IMG/VR virus record: IMGVR_UViG_3300042261_000588 | Location: 32,001-96,000 of that record | Length of the DNA: 64,000 nt | Direction: 5' to 3' (one strand) | DNA from: a virus | Shown: one piece after another, positions 39,835 to 48,917 of the stretch | Numbering within the stretch: the stretch's first letter is position 1 | Layout: each line of letters opens with the position of its first letter | Made by a program: the position numbers and the translations under genes | Notes under the pieces: model-generated | The model's input: the letters and a program-made list of their open reading frames with translations, nothing else | Database searches by the model: none | What the model was told of the DNA's origin: nothing

Positions 39835-39864
39835 ATCAGCATAAGATGGTTGGAGGAGGTTTCA

Positions 39865-41340
39865 ATGGCAACACAAATTATTGTTCCAGTGTCGAAGATC
39901 GCAAATGTTCGGGTTCACCCCAATGCTTCGATGCTTGGACTTGCTCAGGTTTCGAATTACCAGGTCGTTGTTGGCCTTGTGGAAGACCCCAAAGGTAGCA
40001 TCGTTCGGCATTTCTTGAAGGGCAAGCTGGATGATAAGGGCAAGAGAATTCCGCTCTTTGCAAACCCTCTAAGCCTGACTGGAACTGAACTCGTTCTGAG
40101 CTATCAGTGCTATACCGAAGACAAGGAAGGTGTTAAGACATTTATTAACCCAGAAGATGTCGAGGTGGTGAATTTTTCTTTCCGCTATCACGAGGGCGAC
40201 CTGATCGTCTATGTTCCGGGTGACTCAATCGTAACGGATGAGTGGGCTGAAAAGCTTGGCATCAAGACTCTCCTCAAGGGCGGAAATCGGGTAGCCAAGA
40301 TCGCTTTGCGTGGAGAGCCGTCATTCGGTCTGGTCATTGAAATCCCCGAAGATAAGAAGGGCATCTGGCAGGAGGGGGATAATGTCGCTGACTACTTTGG
40401 GATCACCAAGTATGAACCGCCGGTTAGGGCAAATGCTGGTGATGCTGCTCCTCGTGATTCCGAGATCGATCCTTATTTTGACAAGTTCACGGACATCCAG
40501 AATTTGCGCTTCTTCACATCAGTCTTTCAACCGGGAGAAGAGGTCGTTATTAGTGAGAAGCTGCACGGGACCAATTGTCGTCTTGGCATTATCAATGGTC
40601 ACAAGATTGCTGGCTCTATGGAGATTCGGCGTGCAATGCCAGTTCGTGTTCCCAAGAATGAGCTAACCAACGAGCAGATGGTTGGGATGCGAGTCAAGAA
40701 TCCGTCTGGTAAACCGTTTAAGTCGGGCAACAAGATCAACACGGTCAAAGAGATTGTGGATCATCCCAATAGAGAAGGTGTAAAAGCATTTTCGTTTTAC
40801 GAGGATGATTCGGTTGTGGGCTGCAACACCTGTGTTCCTGAAAGCCTTATGAATGAGCCTGTTGGTTTCAACGACGAGGAAGTCAAGAAGAGCACCTATT
40901 GGTTCCCGTGGTCATTGCCGTCTGTGGAAGCCTTGCTGGTAGAGCTGTCGAAATCTCATCCAATTGTCGAGTTGTTCGGTGAGGTTTACGGGAATTCTAT
41001 TCAGAAGGGCTTCCATTACGATGCTGGAAACGGGTTAGGTTTTAGGGCGTTTGGTATTAAGGCTGGAGACAAGTTCCTTGACTGGCAGGATTTCGAAGAT
41101 ACTTGCAATAAGTTCGGCGTGCCAATGGTTCCGGTGCTTTATAAGGGGCCGTTTGACATCGCAAAGATTTTGGTCCTTGCAGAGGGGAATACAACCGTCG
41201 GGAATGCCCCCTTGATAGAGGGTGTTGTTGTGGTGCCAGCAAAAGAGCGGTGCGATCCGAAGATCGGACGTGTGGCACTCAAGTGTGTAGGGATAGGTTA
41301 TGATCTTCTCAAAAATAAACCAGACTCGAAGGATGTGTAA
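39865..41340 (+). CDS. RNA ligase, DRB0094/Rnl5-like
   Basis: HPNA..L, LRG..S.GL, GITKYEPP, EKLHGTN, GEVYG..IQ, VPVLY.G, EGVVV, LK. Confidence 0.88.
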   Translation: MATQIIVPVSKIANVRVHPNASMLGLAQVSNYQVVVGLVEDPKGSIVRHFLKGKLDDKGKRIPLFANPLSLTGTELVLSYQCYTEDKEGVKTFINPEDVEVVNFSFRYHEGDLIVYVPGDSIVTDEWAEKLGIKTLLKGGNRVAKIALRGEPSFGLVIEIPEDKKGIWQEGDNVADYFGITKYEPPVRANAGDAAPRDSEIDPYFDKFTDIQNLRFFTSVFQPGEEVVISEKLHGTNCRLGIINGHKIAGSMEIRRAMPVRVPKNELTNEQMVGMRVKNPSGKPFKSGNKINTVKEIVDHPNREGVKAFSFYEDDSVVGCNTCVPESLMNEPVGFNDEEVKKSTYWFPWSLPSVEALLVELSKSHPIVELFGEVYGNSIQKGFHYDAGNGLGFRAFGIKAGDKFLDWQDFEDTCNKFGVPMVPVLYKGPFDIAKILVLAEGNTTVGNAPLIEGVVVVPAKERCDPKIGRVALKCVGIGYDLLKNKPDSKDV

Positions 41341-41449
41341 TTATGAGCCGTTATGATTTTGGGGATCGTATAAAGCTCTTGTAAAGACGGACTGACTCAT
41401 GTTCGGTTGCGATCTTATCAAAAAACAAGATAAAAGATGTTTAAAGCTA

Positions 41450-41474
41450 TATTCTGGCTGACTTTCGGTAATGT
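41450..41474 (+). promoter_or_regulatory. Repeated promoter motif, copy 5
   Basis: Identical to copy 4; 6 nt before ATG 41481. Confidence 0.78.
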
Positions 41475-41480
41475 TTGGTT

Positions 41481-42035
41481 ATGAATATCGTTCTGACAAG
41501 AAAATCGGATACCAACAAGTCTGAGTTTTATCTGGCTGCTGTGAAGCGGTCAGGTGATGTTTACGTGGCAATCAGCAAGCGAATCACGAATGATGGGCGC
41601 ATGATTGCGACGTGTTCTGACTTCAAATATAGCACGGAGAAAGAGGCGAAGAAGAAGGTTCGTGATCTCATCAAGATCAAGATGAAGAGGCAGGATTGGA
41701 ATCTGATTGATTTGTCGAATCTTCCTCAGCCAGTGATGAAGTTTCTGGAAGTGCCGCCGGAGATGCAGGTGACTCCCGAAGAGCTGGTTATGATTCTTCG
41801 TGATGCTCAGAAAGAACGGTATTGCGTATTCTCGGATGTGGCAGGGCTGGAAGAATATTTCGATGCAGGGATTGAATACATCGGATATGAAACCGGAGAT
41901 GCTCATACATTCAAGGCTTTTGACAAGTTCGGGACTTTGCGGGAGTGCTTCATTCGTCGTTTGTCCAAGATCGAGCCGACTGAACGGGCGATTGAGGCGG
42001 AATACTTGGCTAATAGGATGGAGACTAAGCTATGA
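41481..42035 (+). CDS. Hypothetical protein with WGR-like N-terminal domain
   Basis: FY...strand pattern followed by EA.K....LI..K.K..W. Confidence 0.45.
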   Translation: MNIVLTRKSDTNKSEFYLAAVKRSGDVYVAISKRITNDGRMIATCSDFKYSTEKEAKKKVRDLIKIKMKRQDWNLIDLSNLPQPVMKFLEVPPEMQVTPEELVMILRDAQKERYCVFSDVAGLEEYFDAGIEYIGYETGDAHTFKAFDKFGTLRECFIRRLSKIEPTERAIEAEYLANRMETKL

Positions 42036-42622
42036 GATCAAAACCACAGGTTTCTGATCATTGGCGAGCAGACTTTCGTTGTGAGGCATCACAGTGTGGC
42101 TATCGGTGCGGAAATGAGATTGCCAAGCTGATCGACTTCATTCGTGACGAGTATAGGGTAAAATACGGTGTCGAATATCGATTGCGCAAGATCGGAAAGA
42201 ATCAATTTCTAGCCGTGCCGGGAGATCAGAGCGATTTGGGCGTCTCATATGCAGTTGAGGCAGCTCAGAAGTTTAATACGTCTGTGACTTGTGAATCTAG
42301 AAAAGTAGATCAAGGGAAATTGAAAAATCACACTCAAAGACCCGAATGGCAAGGAGTTCAAATGAAAGATGAGGAAAACAATCTGATGTTCCAGGAGAGA
42401 TTGCTGGCTGAGAACAAGAGACTGCAAAACGTGCTGGAAGAGGATCGGGATCGGTTCATCAGGGTTCAGGATGCAGAGGTGTGTCTCGCAGAGTCGCCCG
42501 ATCTAGAGTCGATGGTATGCTCGTTTGGTTCGTATCCGGCGTCGATGCGTAAAGAGGCTCTTCGAAAGATCGCAAGTTTCTGTGTTGGATTTGTAGAGGA
42601 GAAGCTGAAGGATGGCGTCTGA
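42032..42622 (+). CDS. Hypothetical protein
   Basis: ATGA-coupled ORF. Confidence 0.55.
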   Translation: MRSKPQVSDHWRADFRCEASQCGYRCGNEIAKLIDFIRDEYRVKYGVEYRLRKIGKNQFLAVPGDQSDLGVSYAVEAAQKFNTSVTCESRKVDQGKLKNHTQRPEWQGVQMKDEENNLMFQERLLAENKRLQNVLEEDRDRFIRVQDAEVCLAESPDLESMVCSFGSYPASMRKEALRKIASFCVGFVEEKLKDGV

Positions 42623-43217
42623 TAGAGCCATAAAGGTCAGAGATGATCTAAATCGGCTAATCGATAAACTGACGGAAGATGAATCCGATCAGGATGGTTA
42701 CGTCATGTCGTGTTGCATCGCACTTGCCGTTGAAGAGATCGAAAAGTGGATGTATCATGGCGAGTTCACTCCATCAGTCACTCCGTATCGAGAAGGCAAA
42801 GACTTAAATCCCAAGAAAAAACAAAAACAGGCCTCCGAGGGTAATTTCTTTGCCTTTGTCCATCCTCTGCCAACACCCGCTTCGGTAGGGAATCCAACCT
42901 CTTCTCCGGTGCAACCACCTGCAAATCAAGGTCTTCCAGCGTCATCGCCAATTTTTGAAAGACTTCGTGTTAGGGCAGAAGCAGCACCAATTAAGATCAG
43001 GTCTTTCTCGTTTCTCGACACTTTAGCTCTAGAGGATTGGACGCCAGATATGATGAAGGCGTTTCGTGAGGGTAGTCGGGAGCGATTTTTCAATAGCATC
43101 AAGATGCTTCTAAGTAGTCCGTCTTGGTTAAGTTGTACAGAGGTGATGAACTATGTGAACAAGATGATAAAGGCGTATCCACACCTATGGATGGTAGATT
43201 GCAAAGAAAAGGCATAA
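42612..43217 (+). CDS. Hypothetical protein
   Basis: Overlapping operon ORF. Confidence 0.55.
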   Translation: MASDRAIKVRDDLNRLIDKLTEDESDQDGYVMSCCIALAVEEIEKWMYHGEFTPSVTPYREGKDLNPKKKQKQASEGNFFAFVHPLPTPASVGNPTSSPVQPPANQGLPASSPIFERLRVRAEAAPIKIRSFSFLDTLALEDWTPDMMKAFREGSRERFFNSIKMLLSSPSWLSCTEVMNYVNKMIKAYPHLWMVDCKEKA

Positions 43218-43219
43218 AC

Positions 43220-44191
43220 ATGAGAACATTCACTGGAAAGTTGACGAAAGAACAGTTGGCCGGGGCAATCGCATATGCGTTTTCCACCATGGAAGGATTT
43301 AAGGGTGACATTCCTCCTTCGGAGTGCAAGGATGCTATTGATTTCCTCAAGAAGAATGAAATGCAGACGGGGCAATTCACCAAACAGATCGAAGCCGACC
43401 TGAAGAAGGTCAGTTTTGACGAGGAAAATCTCGAATGGGAGGAGGGAGAGGGTTATTCCGGGACAGGATCAATCACCGGGTTTCATACCCTGCCCAATGG
43501 ATTGACTTATCTTGGGATTTCGGCTGGCGGTGATTGGGAGGTTCCCCTGTTTTACATCCTCTACTATGATGGTTTGAATTTGCGTGGGTATATCCCGACG
43601 GATGGCAATCACTGGAACACTGACACCAAGACGGCTTATGGCAGCGAGGACGATGCAGGGATTGAAGATGCTGAGGCTGTTTCAGATGTTAATGCCAGGA
43701 AGCGGTTCAGGGTGAACAGCAGGGCCGATTTGGGAAACATGGACCCGGATAAGATTCTGGAGGACATTACTCGTAATATCGTGTTTACTCAGGGTCGGTT
43801 TGTGGCTCCCAAGGGCTTAGCAGATATCGATGAGGCGAAGTTCAAGTCCGACACGGCTGCTCGGTTTAGTCAGTCTGTTGATAATATGAAGGATTGGGAC
43901 GCCCATTGGAATCAGAGATGTTCTAGGAATGATGAGACATTCTCTATTGGCAGTCCTGTAACTCGGGCTCCCGAATCTCAGAAACCCATTGACAAGATCA
44001 TTGAAGACATCAAGCAGGAGACTCGGTTGTTTGTTGGTGATATTGAGAGGCTAGAGAAAATGCAACATATTGGTTGGGATGAACAAAGATTTGCAAACGA
44101 GATTGAGGTGCAGACTCGGTTGTATTGTTCCCGTATTTTGGCACAGTTCCCGAAGGGATACAAGCCGGCGTCTGATTCTGCAAGGAATTGA
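43220..44191 (+). CDS. Hypothetical phage protein (GGDWE motif)
   Basis: DL.KV.FD.EN, AGGDWE.P....Y.DG..LRGYIP..GN. Confidence 0.65.
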   Translation: MRTFTGKLTKEQLAGAIAYAFSTMEGFKGDIPPSECKDAIDFLKKNEMQTGQFTKQIEADLKKVSFDEENLEWEEGEGYSGTGSITGFHTLPNGLTYLGISAGGDWEVPLFYILYYDGLNLRGYIPTDGNHWNTDTKTAYGSEDDAGIEDAEAVSDVNARKRFRVNSRADLGNMDPDKILEDITRNIVFTQGRFVAPKGLADIDEAKFKSDTAARFSQSVDNMKDWDAHWNQRCSRNDETFSIGSPVTRAPESQKPIDKIIEDIKQETRLFVGDIERLEKMQHIGWDEQRFANEIEVQTRLYCSRILAQFPKGYKPASDSARN

Positions 44192-44372
44192 GATTTCGGA
44201 GTATAATAGGATGCGATGTGGATAAGGAGGCTGATTAGTGTGAGAAAGGCAAGACGAATGAACGGAGAGCACTCGCACAAGACTTTTCTTTTGCGATGTC
44301 GGAGAATGCCAAAAGGATGTTGGCAGAGATATTAGCGGCTGATTATGTGCGTCTTTCGAGCGTCGAAAAACC

Positions 44373-45674
44373 ATGATACAGAGAATTGAAGTTTGGAATT
44401 TTGAGTCACATGAGCATTCAGTCCTTGAGGATTTGTCTCCGGGACTGAATTTACTTCTTGGAGACTCAAACAGTGGCAAGACCAGCATTAGTGCAAGGGC
44501 GCTTAAGCTGGTTGCCTATAACGACTTCAATCCTCGTTCTGTTCGCACGGGAGCTACTCATTGTGTCGTTCAAGTGGATACCGACAAGGGTAGGGTAAAG
44601 GTAACAAGGGGTCCGAAACACAATGCTTGGGAAGTCACAAAGACTGGACAGCAGACACAGTATTTTGACAAGGTTGGTGTCAACATCATTCCAGAAGTGT
44701 CAGAGATCATTGGTTTGAATATCGTGACCTTGGGAGATGTTAAGGTTCCAGTCAATATCATGGATCAGCTTGAATCCCACTTCATGCTTGCAGGAGTCGG
44801 AGACAAGGATGCCACTGGTTCGATGCGGGCACAGATCGTGGATGAGATTTCTGGGTTGTCGGGGATTGAGAGCATCATCAAGGATGTCAGTCTTGACAAT
44901 ACTCGATTTGGGCGTGAGATAAAGGAGATTGAGAAGCAGATGGCCGTCGTCAGGGGACAACTTCATCCAGAGCCTCCTTTAAAGGAAGAGGAAGAAGTCT
45001 TAACCAAGGCAGAACAGGAATTGAAGGACAGTGCGATGATGCTTTCATTGATGGATGAAGGCAATGATTTGATGAATAAGGTGAATTCAGCTTCAAGACA
45101 AATAAGTGATCTGAATCGTCGGGAGTCGGAGATTCCGAATACAGCTCTTGCCATTCAAGAGATTTCAAGAGCAGAAGAATTGACAGTTCGTGCGGTGTCG
45201 GCGGGAAACCTTCATCGTGACGGTGTCATATCTGCGGGTCGTCTGGCTGGGATAAACAAGATATTGGCTGGGATGCCGGATGTTCAGCAGGCGGCTTGTT
45301 TTCTCAATGAGTCAGATACTGCCAGCAGGGTTCTGGTGAATGCCACGGACATCTATGGGCGGTGGAAGTCGGCAAGTCGGGACGTGGTAGTGAAACAGGA
45401 CATGGATCGTAAGATCGTTGAAGCTTTAAAGTCTAGTGTGGAGATGGGAAAGGCTCAGGATGCTGTGACTAAGCGTGGTGAGGCCGAGACATTACTTTGG
45501 GAGGCTCAGCAGAAGATGGCTAGTCTGGCAGGATTGCAGGATAGAATCAAGGATTATGAAAGGTTGCTCAAAGATGCGGAGAAGGAACGGGACGATCTTC
45601 TCGCTTTGATCAAGACTTGTCCGTTGACTTTAAAACCTGTTTTTAAGCAATGTATGGAAGGGGTGATAGTATGA
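44373..45674 (+). CDS. SbcC/Rad50-like ATPase, N-terminal half only
   Basis: NFESH, GDSNSGKT, Q-loop (DQLESHF), coiled coil ending at CPLT...C; no signature motif or Walker B. Confidence 0.85.
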   Translation: MIQRIEVWNFESHEHSVLEDLSPGLNLLLGDSNSGKTSISARALKLVAYNDFNPRSVRTGATHCVVQVDTDKGRVKVTRGPKHNAWEVTKTGQQTQYFDKVGVNIIPEVSEIIGLNIVTLGDVKVPVNIMDQLESHFMLAGVGDKDATGSMRAQIVDEISGLSGIESIIKDVSLDNTRFGREIKEIEKQMAVVRGQLHPEPPLKEEEEVLTKAEQELKDSAMMLSLMDEGNDLMNKVNSASRQISDLNRRESEIPNTALAIQEISRAEELTVRAVSAGNLHRDGVISAGRLAGINKILAGMPDVQQAACFLNESDTASRVLVNATDIYGRWKSASRDVVVKQDMDRKIVEALKSSVEMGKAQDAVTKRGEAETLLWEAQQKMASLAGLQDRIKDYERLLKDAEKERDDLLALIKTCPLTLKPVFKQCMEGVIV

Positions 45675-45854
45675 AGCCAAATGTAGATGAGGAAAACTTG
45701 GAAAGCATATTCGTTTGTGTCGACGTAATCTAAGGTCGGATCGGGTGAAGTGTTGTGCGACGTGTCCTTTCGAGGAGTTCATCGTGACTCATACCCCCTG
45801 ATTTAAAGAGTCTTTTCGAGACCAAGAGGAGTATGGTTTAAACGGGAGGTCTGA

Positions 45855-46076
45855 ATGAATGAGCCATTGGAGACGGAATCCAAAGTTGATTTGGTTCTCT
45901 ACGAGTTGAAGCGAAGAAGTCTTAGGATCGCAAGAGACTTCTTCGCTGAGAGGGGAATAGCTGAACAGGAGAAGAGACATGCCGAATGGGAGCAGCAGAA
46001 CGCTACCGCTCACTCGCGAGCGGTAGCGAGTCGCGGTGAAGCTGGTTGTTCGGCTTTGAATGGATGTGCAAAATGA
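45855..46076 (+). CDS. Hypothetical protein reading through attC-like site C
   Basis: RBS GGAGG; last third is translated repeat. Confidence 0.5.
   Translation: MNEPLETESKVDLVLYELKRRSLRIARDFFAERGIAEQEKRHAEWEQQNATAHSRAVASRGEAGCSALNGCAK
45995..46054 (+). mobile_element. attC-like site C (60 bp)
   Basis: GCAGAAC...cgctcac ... gtgaagc...GTTCGGC; 53/60 identical to site D. Confidence 0.8.
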
Positions 46077-46291
46077 CAGTCGGAGAACTCAAGAAGGCGC
46101 TGGAACTATGGCCGGACGAACTTCCGGTCGTCCTTTCACGTGACGCGGCAGGGAACGAACACCGCCCGCTGTTAAAGGTAGGCCAGGGCTACTACGAGGC
46201 GGAGGCGAAGTGGTACGGACACGCGACCGAGACGGTAGATGATGCCGGGTCGGACGCCAAATTGGTGGTGATACTGTGGCCGGTGAACTGA
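46073..46291 (+). CDS. Cassette-borne small phage protein
   Basis: MTV.EL...L...P.E.PVV.S.D..GN pattern; bounded by sites C and D. Confidence 0.75.
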   Translation: MTVGELKKALELWPDELPVVLSRDAAGNEHRPLLKVGQGYYEAEAKWYGHATETVDDAGSDAKLVVILWPVN

Positions 46292-46292
46292 A

Positions 46293-46352
46293 GCCGAACG
46301 TTCCCGCTCACCAGCGAGCGGTAACGAGTCGCGGTGAAGCTGGTTGTTCGCC
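46293..46352 (+). mobile_element. attC-like site D (60 bp)
   Basis: GCCGAAC ... GTTCGCC; starts 2 nt after a stop codon. Confidence 0.8.
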
Positions 46353-46367
46353 AATTGGAGGTACGTT

Positions 46368-46532
46368 ATGATCTGTTCTATCTGCGGCGGCCGCGTCGAG
46401 TGGCAAGGGCTGCTCCACAATCTGACGCATACGAAGTGCCGCGCGTGCGGAGCAATCAACGCGCAAGAGGTTGACCCGCAAGACGATGACCCGCAAGACG
46501 ATGAGGAATCCGATACGGAGAACATGTTGTAA
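46368..46532 (+). CDS. Cassette-borne small zinc-ribbon protein
   Basis: RBS GGAGG; CSICGG...CRACG; 15-bp tandem duplication. Confidence 0.65.
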   Translation: MICSICGGRVEWQGLLHNLTHTKCRACGAINAQEVDPQDDDPQDDEESDTENML

Positions 46533-46624
46533 TGCGGCTGAGAGAGGAGGGAAAAGAGAGAAATGGATGAAAGACAATTATATTACACCAGCCGATATGG
46601 CAGGGTTTATGAACTAGGAGGCTT

Positions 46625-47158
46625 ATGAGAGAGTTTATCGGGCACAAGATCAAGGTAGCCACACGGGCGATTGGAATTGTTGAGGGGTTGTTGGTCGATG
46701 ACCGTTCATCTATGATTCTCGTGAAAGGTTCTGACAGAAAGATCACTCGTATTATGAAGTCAGACATTGGCAGTTTTATGCCGATGGACTTCGAGCCTTT
46801 CGAGTATGTCCCCTTCCACGTTTTATTCTGCGAGAACAAAAGAATGCCGTGTCCGGGAGTACAATACATCAAGGAAGGAGATGGATTCTCAAAATCAGAC
46901 GTTGAAGACTTTGTCGGTCCCTGTCCGTGCAGGAGCGAAGAATGCGTGATGGGAACAAAGGGAGAGCTTAGAAGTGTGTCAGGAAAGTTTCTAAAAGGAA
47001 TGTTGGCTGGAACAATGTTCGGGGAATACCCGAAGAAAGAAGGTAGAGATGGCAGATCAGAAACAGGATCAGGATTTGCAGCAGCAGATGCAGCGGCTCC
47101 AAAAGGCAAGGGCAAAGGCAGAGGAGCTGTCAAGGGAGAAAAGCCGGATAACGGGTGA
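46625..47158 (+). CDS. Hypothetical protein
   Basis: RBS AGGAGG; Cys cluster. Confidence 0.6.
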   Translation: MREFIGHKIKVATRAIGIVEGLLVDDRSSMILVKGSDRKITRIMKSDIGSFMPMDFEPFEYVPFHVLFCENKRMPCPGVQYIKEGDGFSKSDVEDFVGPCPCRSEECVMGTKGELRSVSGKFLKGMLAGTMFGEYPKKEGRDGRSETGSGFAAADAAAPKGKGKGRGAVKGEKPDNG

Positions 47159-47453
47159 GCTTGGGGCACTTCAGAATCAGATGAAGGACCTTGAGGCGAA
47201 GTGCAAGACCGATTTCGATTGTAATATTAACGATCTTCCTGCTTTCATCGCGAAACTGAAGGAAGAGTCTGCAATCTCATTGCAGAATGCGGAGATCATC
47301 CTTGGTATGCGGGAAGGCACAGTTATCGTTCCGAAGCCCCAAGAGGTGTCAATACCCATCCCGGAACCAGAGAGGCCAAGAATGGGTGCTAGAGTGGCTC
47401 CAGTGGCACGCCCTGTCTTAGATTCCGGGCATGATGAAGACGGTCTGCCCTGA
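47049..47453 (+). CDS. Small coiled-coil protein
   Basis: Heptad-like N-terminus; RBS GAAGGT; overlaps previous ORF. Confidence 0.55.
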   Translation: MADQKQDQDLQQQMQRLQKARAKAEELSREKSRITGELGALQNQMKDLEAKCKTDFDCNINDLPAFIAKLKEESAISLQNAEIILGMREGTVIVPKPQEVSIPIPEPERPRMGARVAPVARPVLDSGHDEDGLP

Positions 47454-47472
47454 TTTTCTGGACAAATGACTT

Positions 47473-48243
47473 ATGGAAGTAGACCACATATCGGCATCGG
47501 CGGTCAAGACATACAAACAATGTCCCTTGAAATTTTGGGCGGTTTATGTCGAAAAGCTCCCCGAGCCACCTCCTCATCCCAATACCGTCATGGGGTCATG
47601 TCTCCACGACATGATGGAGTCGGCGACAAATCAGAGGATGATCCCGGATAGTGATCCAGATAAGCATGATCCGATGTTCTGGAAAGAAGCTGCTGTCACT
47701 CAGCATAAGGTCGAGAGGCAACTTCTTCCGGTGATTGATGAATTGGTTGCCAATGCGGTTCGGTGGGGATATTTCAGGAACATTCATAGAACAGTCGGTT
47801 GTGAAATCAAGATCGAGTTTCCACTTCCTAATGGTATCAATGTGACGGGGTATATTGACCGTCTGGATGTGATGACCCCAGACATGGACATCATTGATCT
47901 CAAGACGCAGAAGAACGCCTTTGAACCGGACGAGCTAAGTGATAATTGGCAGGCTCGAATTTACAATATCGGCGCAAGGCGTCTTAGGCCGGACATAACA
48001 GGGATTGCTACCGTTTCATTTTGGGTATTGCGCCATCAGGTTCAGAGGGTTATACTAAATTCCCAAGATGCGGATAACGACATTATTCGTCTTGCGAGTA
48101 TAGTAGATGAGATTCGTGCATGCAAGGACCCTGAAGGCAAGCCTTCTGGATTGTGTCCTTGGTGTCCGTATGAGAAGCAGTGTCCTACGAAGAATGGCAA
48201 TGCAAGGTATCGGTTGAAAAATGCAAAAAACAAAAAAGCGTAG
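47473..48243 (+). CDS. PD-(D/E)XK nuclease, RecB/Cas4-like
   Basis: S.S....Y..CP, G...H, E, G.IDRLD, IIDLKT, Q...Y, CPWC....C. Confidence 0.88.
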   Translation: MEVDHISASAVKTYKQCPLKFWAVYVEKLPEPPPHPNTVMGSCLHDMMESATNQRMIPDSDPDKHDPMFWKEAAVTQHKVERQLLPVIDELVANAVRWGYFRNIHRTVGCEIKIEFPLPNGINVTGYIDRLDVMTPDMDIIDLKTQKNAFEPDELSDNWQARIYNIGARRLRPDITGIATVSFWVLRHQVQRVILNSQDADNDIIRLASIVDEIRACKDPEGKPSGLCPWCPYEKQCPTKNGNARYRLKNAKNKKA

Positions 48244-48487
48244 TCCGGCGCATCATTTATCTAAGGGGTTCCACCCGAGTTAAAAGAGAATTGCCAAAAG
48301 TTGAAGACTGGGGTTTGCACAGAATGTGGTATGTTCCCTTACAGTGGAAGGCTTACCAGAAAGCACAAGTGTTTGAAAAAGACTCCACAATTGTTTGTGT
48401 AGATGGTGATAATTTCCTGTTCGATTTACAATGTAAAATCAGTAGAAACAAAGGAGACAGTATGGATCAGCTATGGATATGTGGAAA

Positions 48488-48559
48488 ACTCATCGCCAAA
48501 GTTGAGTTTTCTGAAAGGAGCGAAGCGAGTGAAAGATAAACTCAAACGCCTTGTTCGGC
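48488..48559 (+). mobile_element. attC-like site E (72 bp, left AAC degenerated to ATC)
   Basis: ttgagttt/aaactcaa inverted repeat, central ggagcgaagcga, right arm ending GTTCGGC. Confidence 0.65.
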
Positions 48560-48690
48560 GTTTTCTATGGGGGTGGATTGGCTTGCTGGGCGACAATCTC
48601 ATAGTGTGGCACGCCCGCAAGACAGGACGCCCCGGTGTGGAAAACTCGCCGGGACCAATTCAACAGTGGTGCAGGGAGCAGTGGCGATGA
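48529..48690 (+). CDS. Cassette-borne small protein
   Basis: GTG start and RBS AAGGAG inside site E; GCCGAAC 2 nt after the stop. Confidence 0.55.
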   Translation: MKDKLKRLVRRFLWGWIGLLGDNLIVWHARKTGRPGVENSPGPIQQWCREQWR

Positions 48691-48908
48691 CGCCGAACAG
48701 TGAATGGGAAGATACTGGAATTGTGTGGGCATTTCAGGGAGTCTTCGATGATGAAAAGAAGGCCGACGCTGCATGTAAGGATGCGAGCTATTTCATCTTC
48801 CCGGCAGTCTTGAATCAGGAATTGCCTCGTGAAGACAAGGATGCTGAAAACGTAAGGTTTCCTCGAATTGAAGAAGACATCCCTTCTGTCGAGCAAGAAG
48901 GAAAGTAG
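48687..48908 (+). CDS. Small hypothetical protein
   Basis: ATGA-coupled; W.FQGVF..E..A..AC motif. Confidence 0.55.
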   Translation: MTPNSEWEDTGIVWAFQGVFDDEKKADAACKDASYFIFPAVLNQELPREDKDAENVRFPRIEEDIPSVEQEGK

Positions 48909-48917
48909 GACTTGAAT

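Noticed and set aside
47473-48243. CRISPR-Cas system suggested by the Cas4-like nuclease and nearby 60-bp repeats
   Set aside because: No cas1/cas2 and no regularly spaced array; the repeats flank whole ORFs and fit attC geometry
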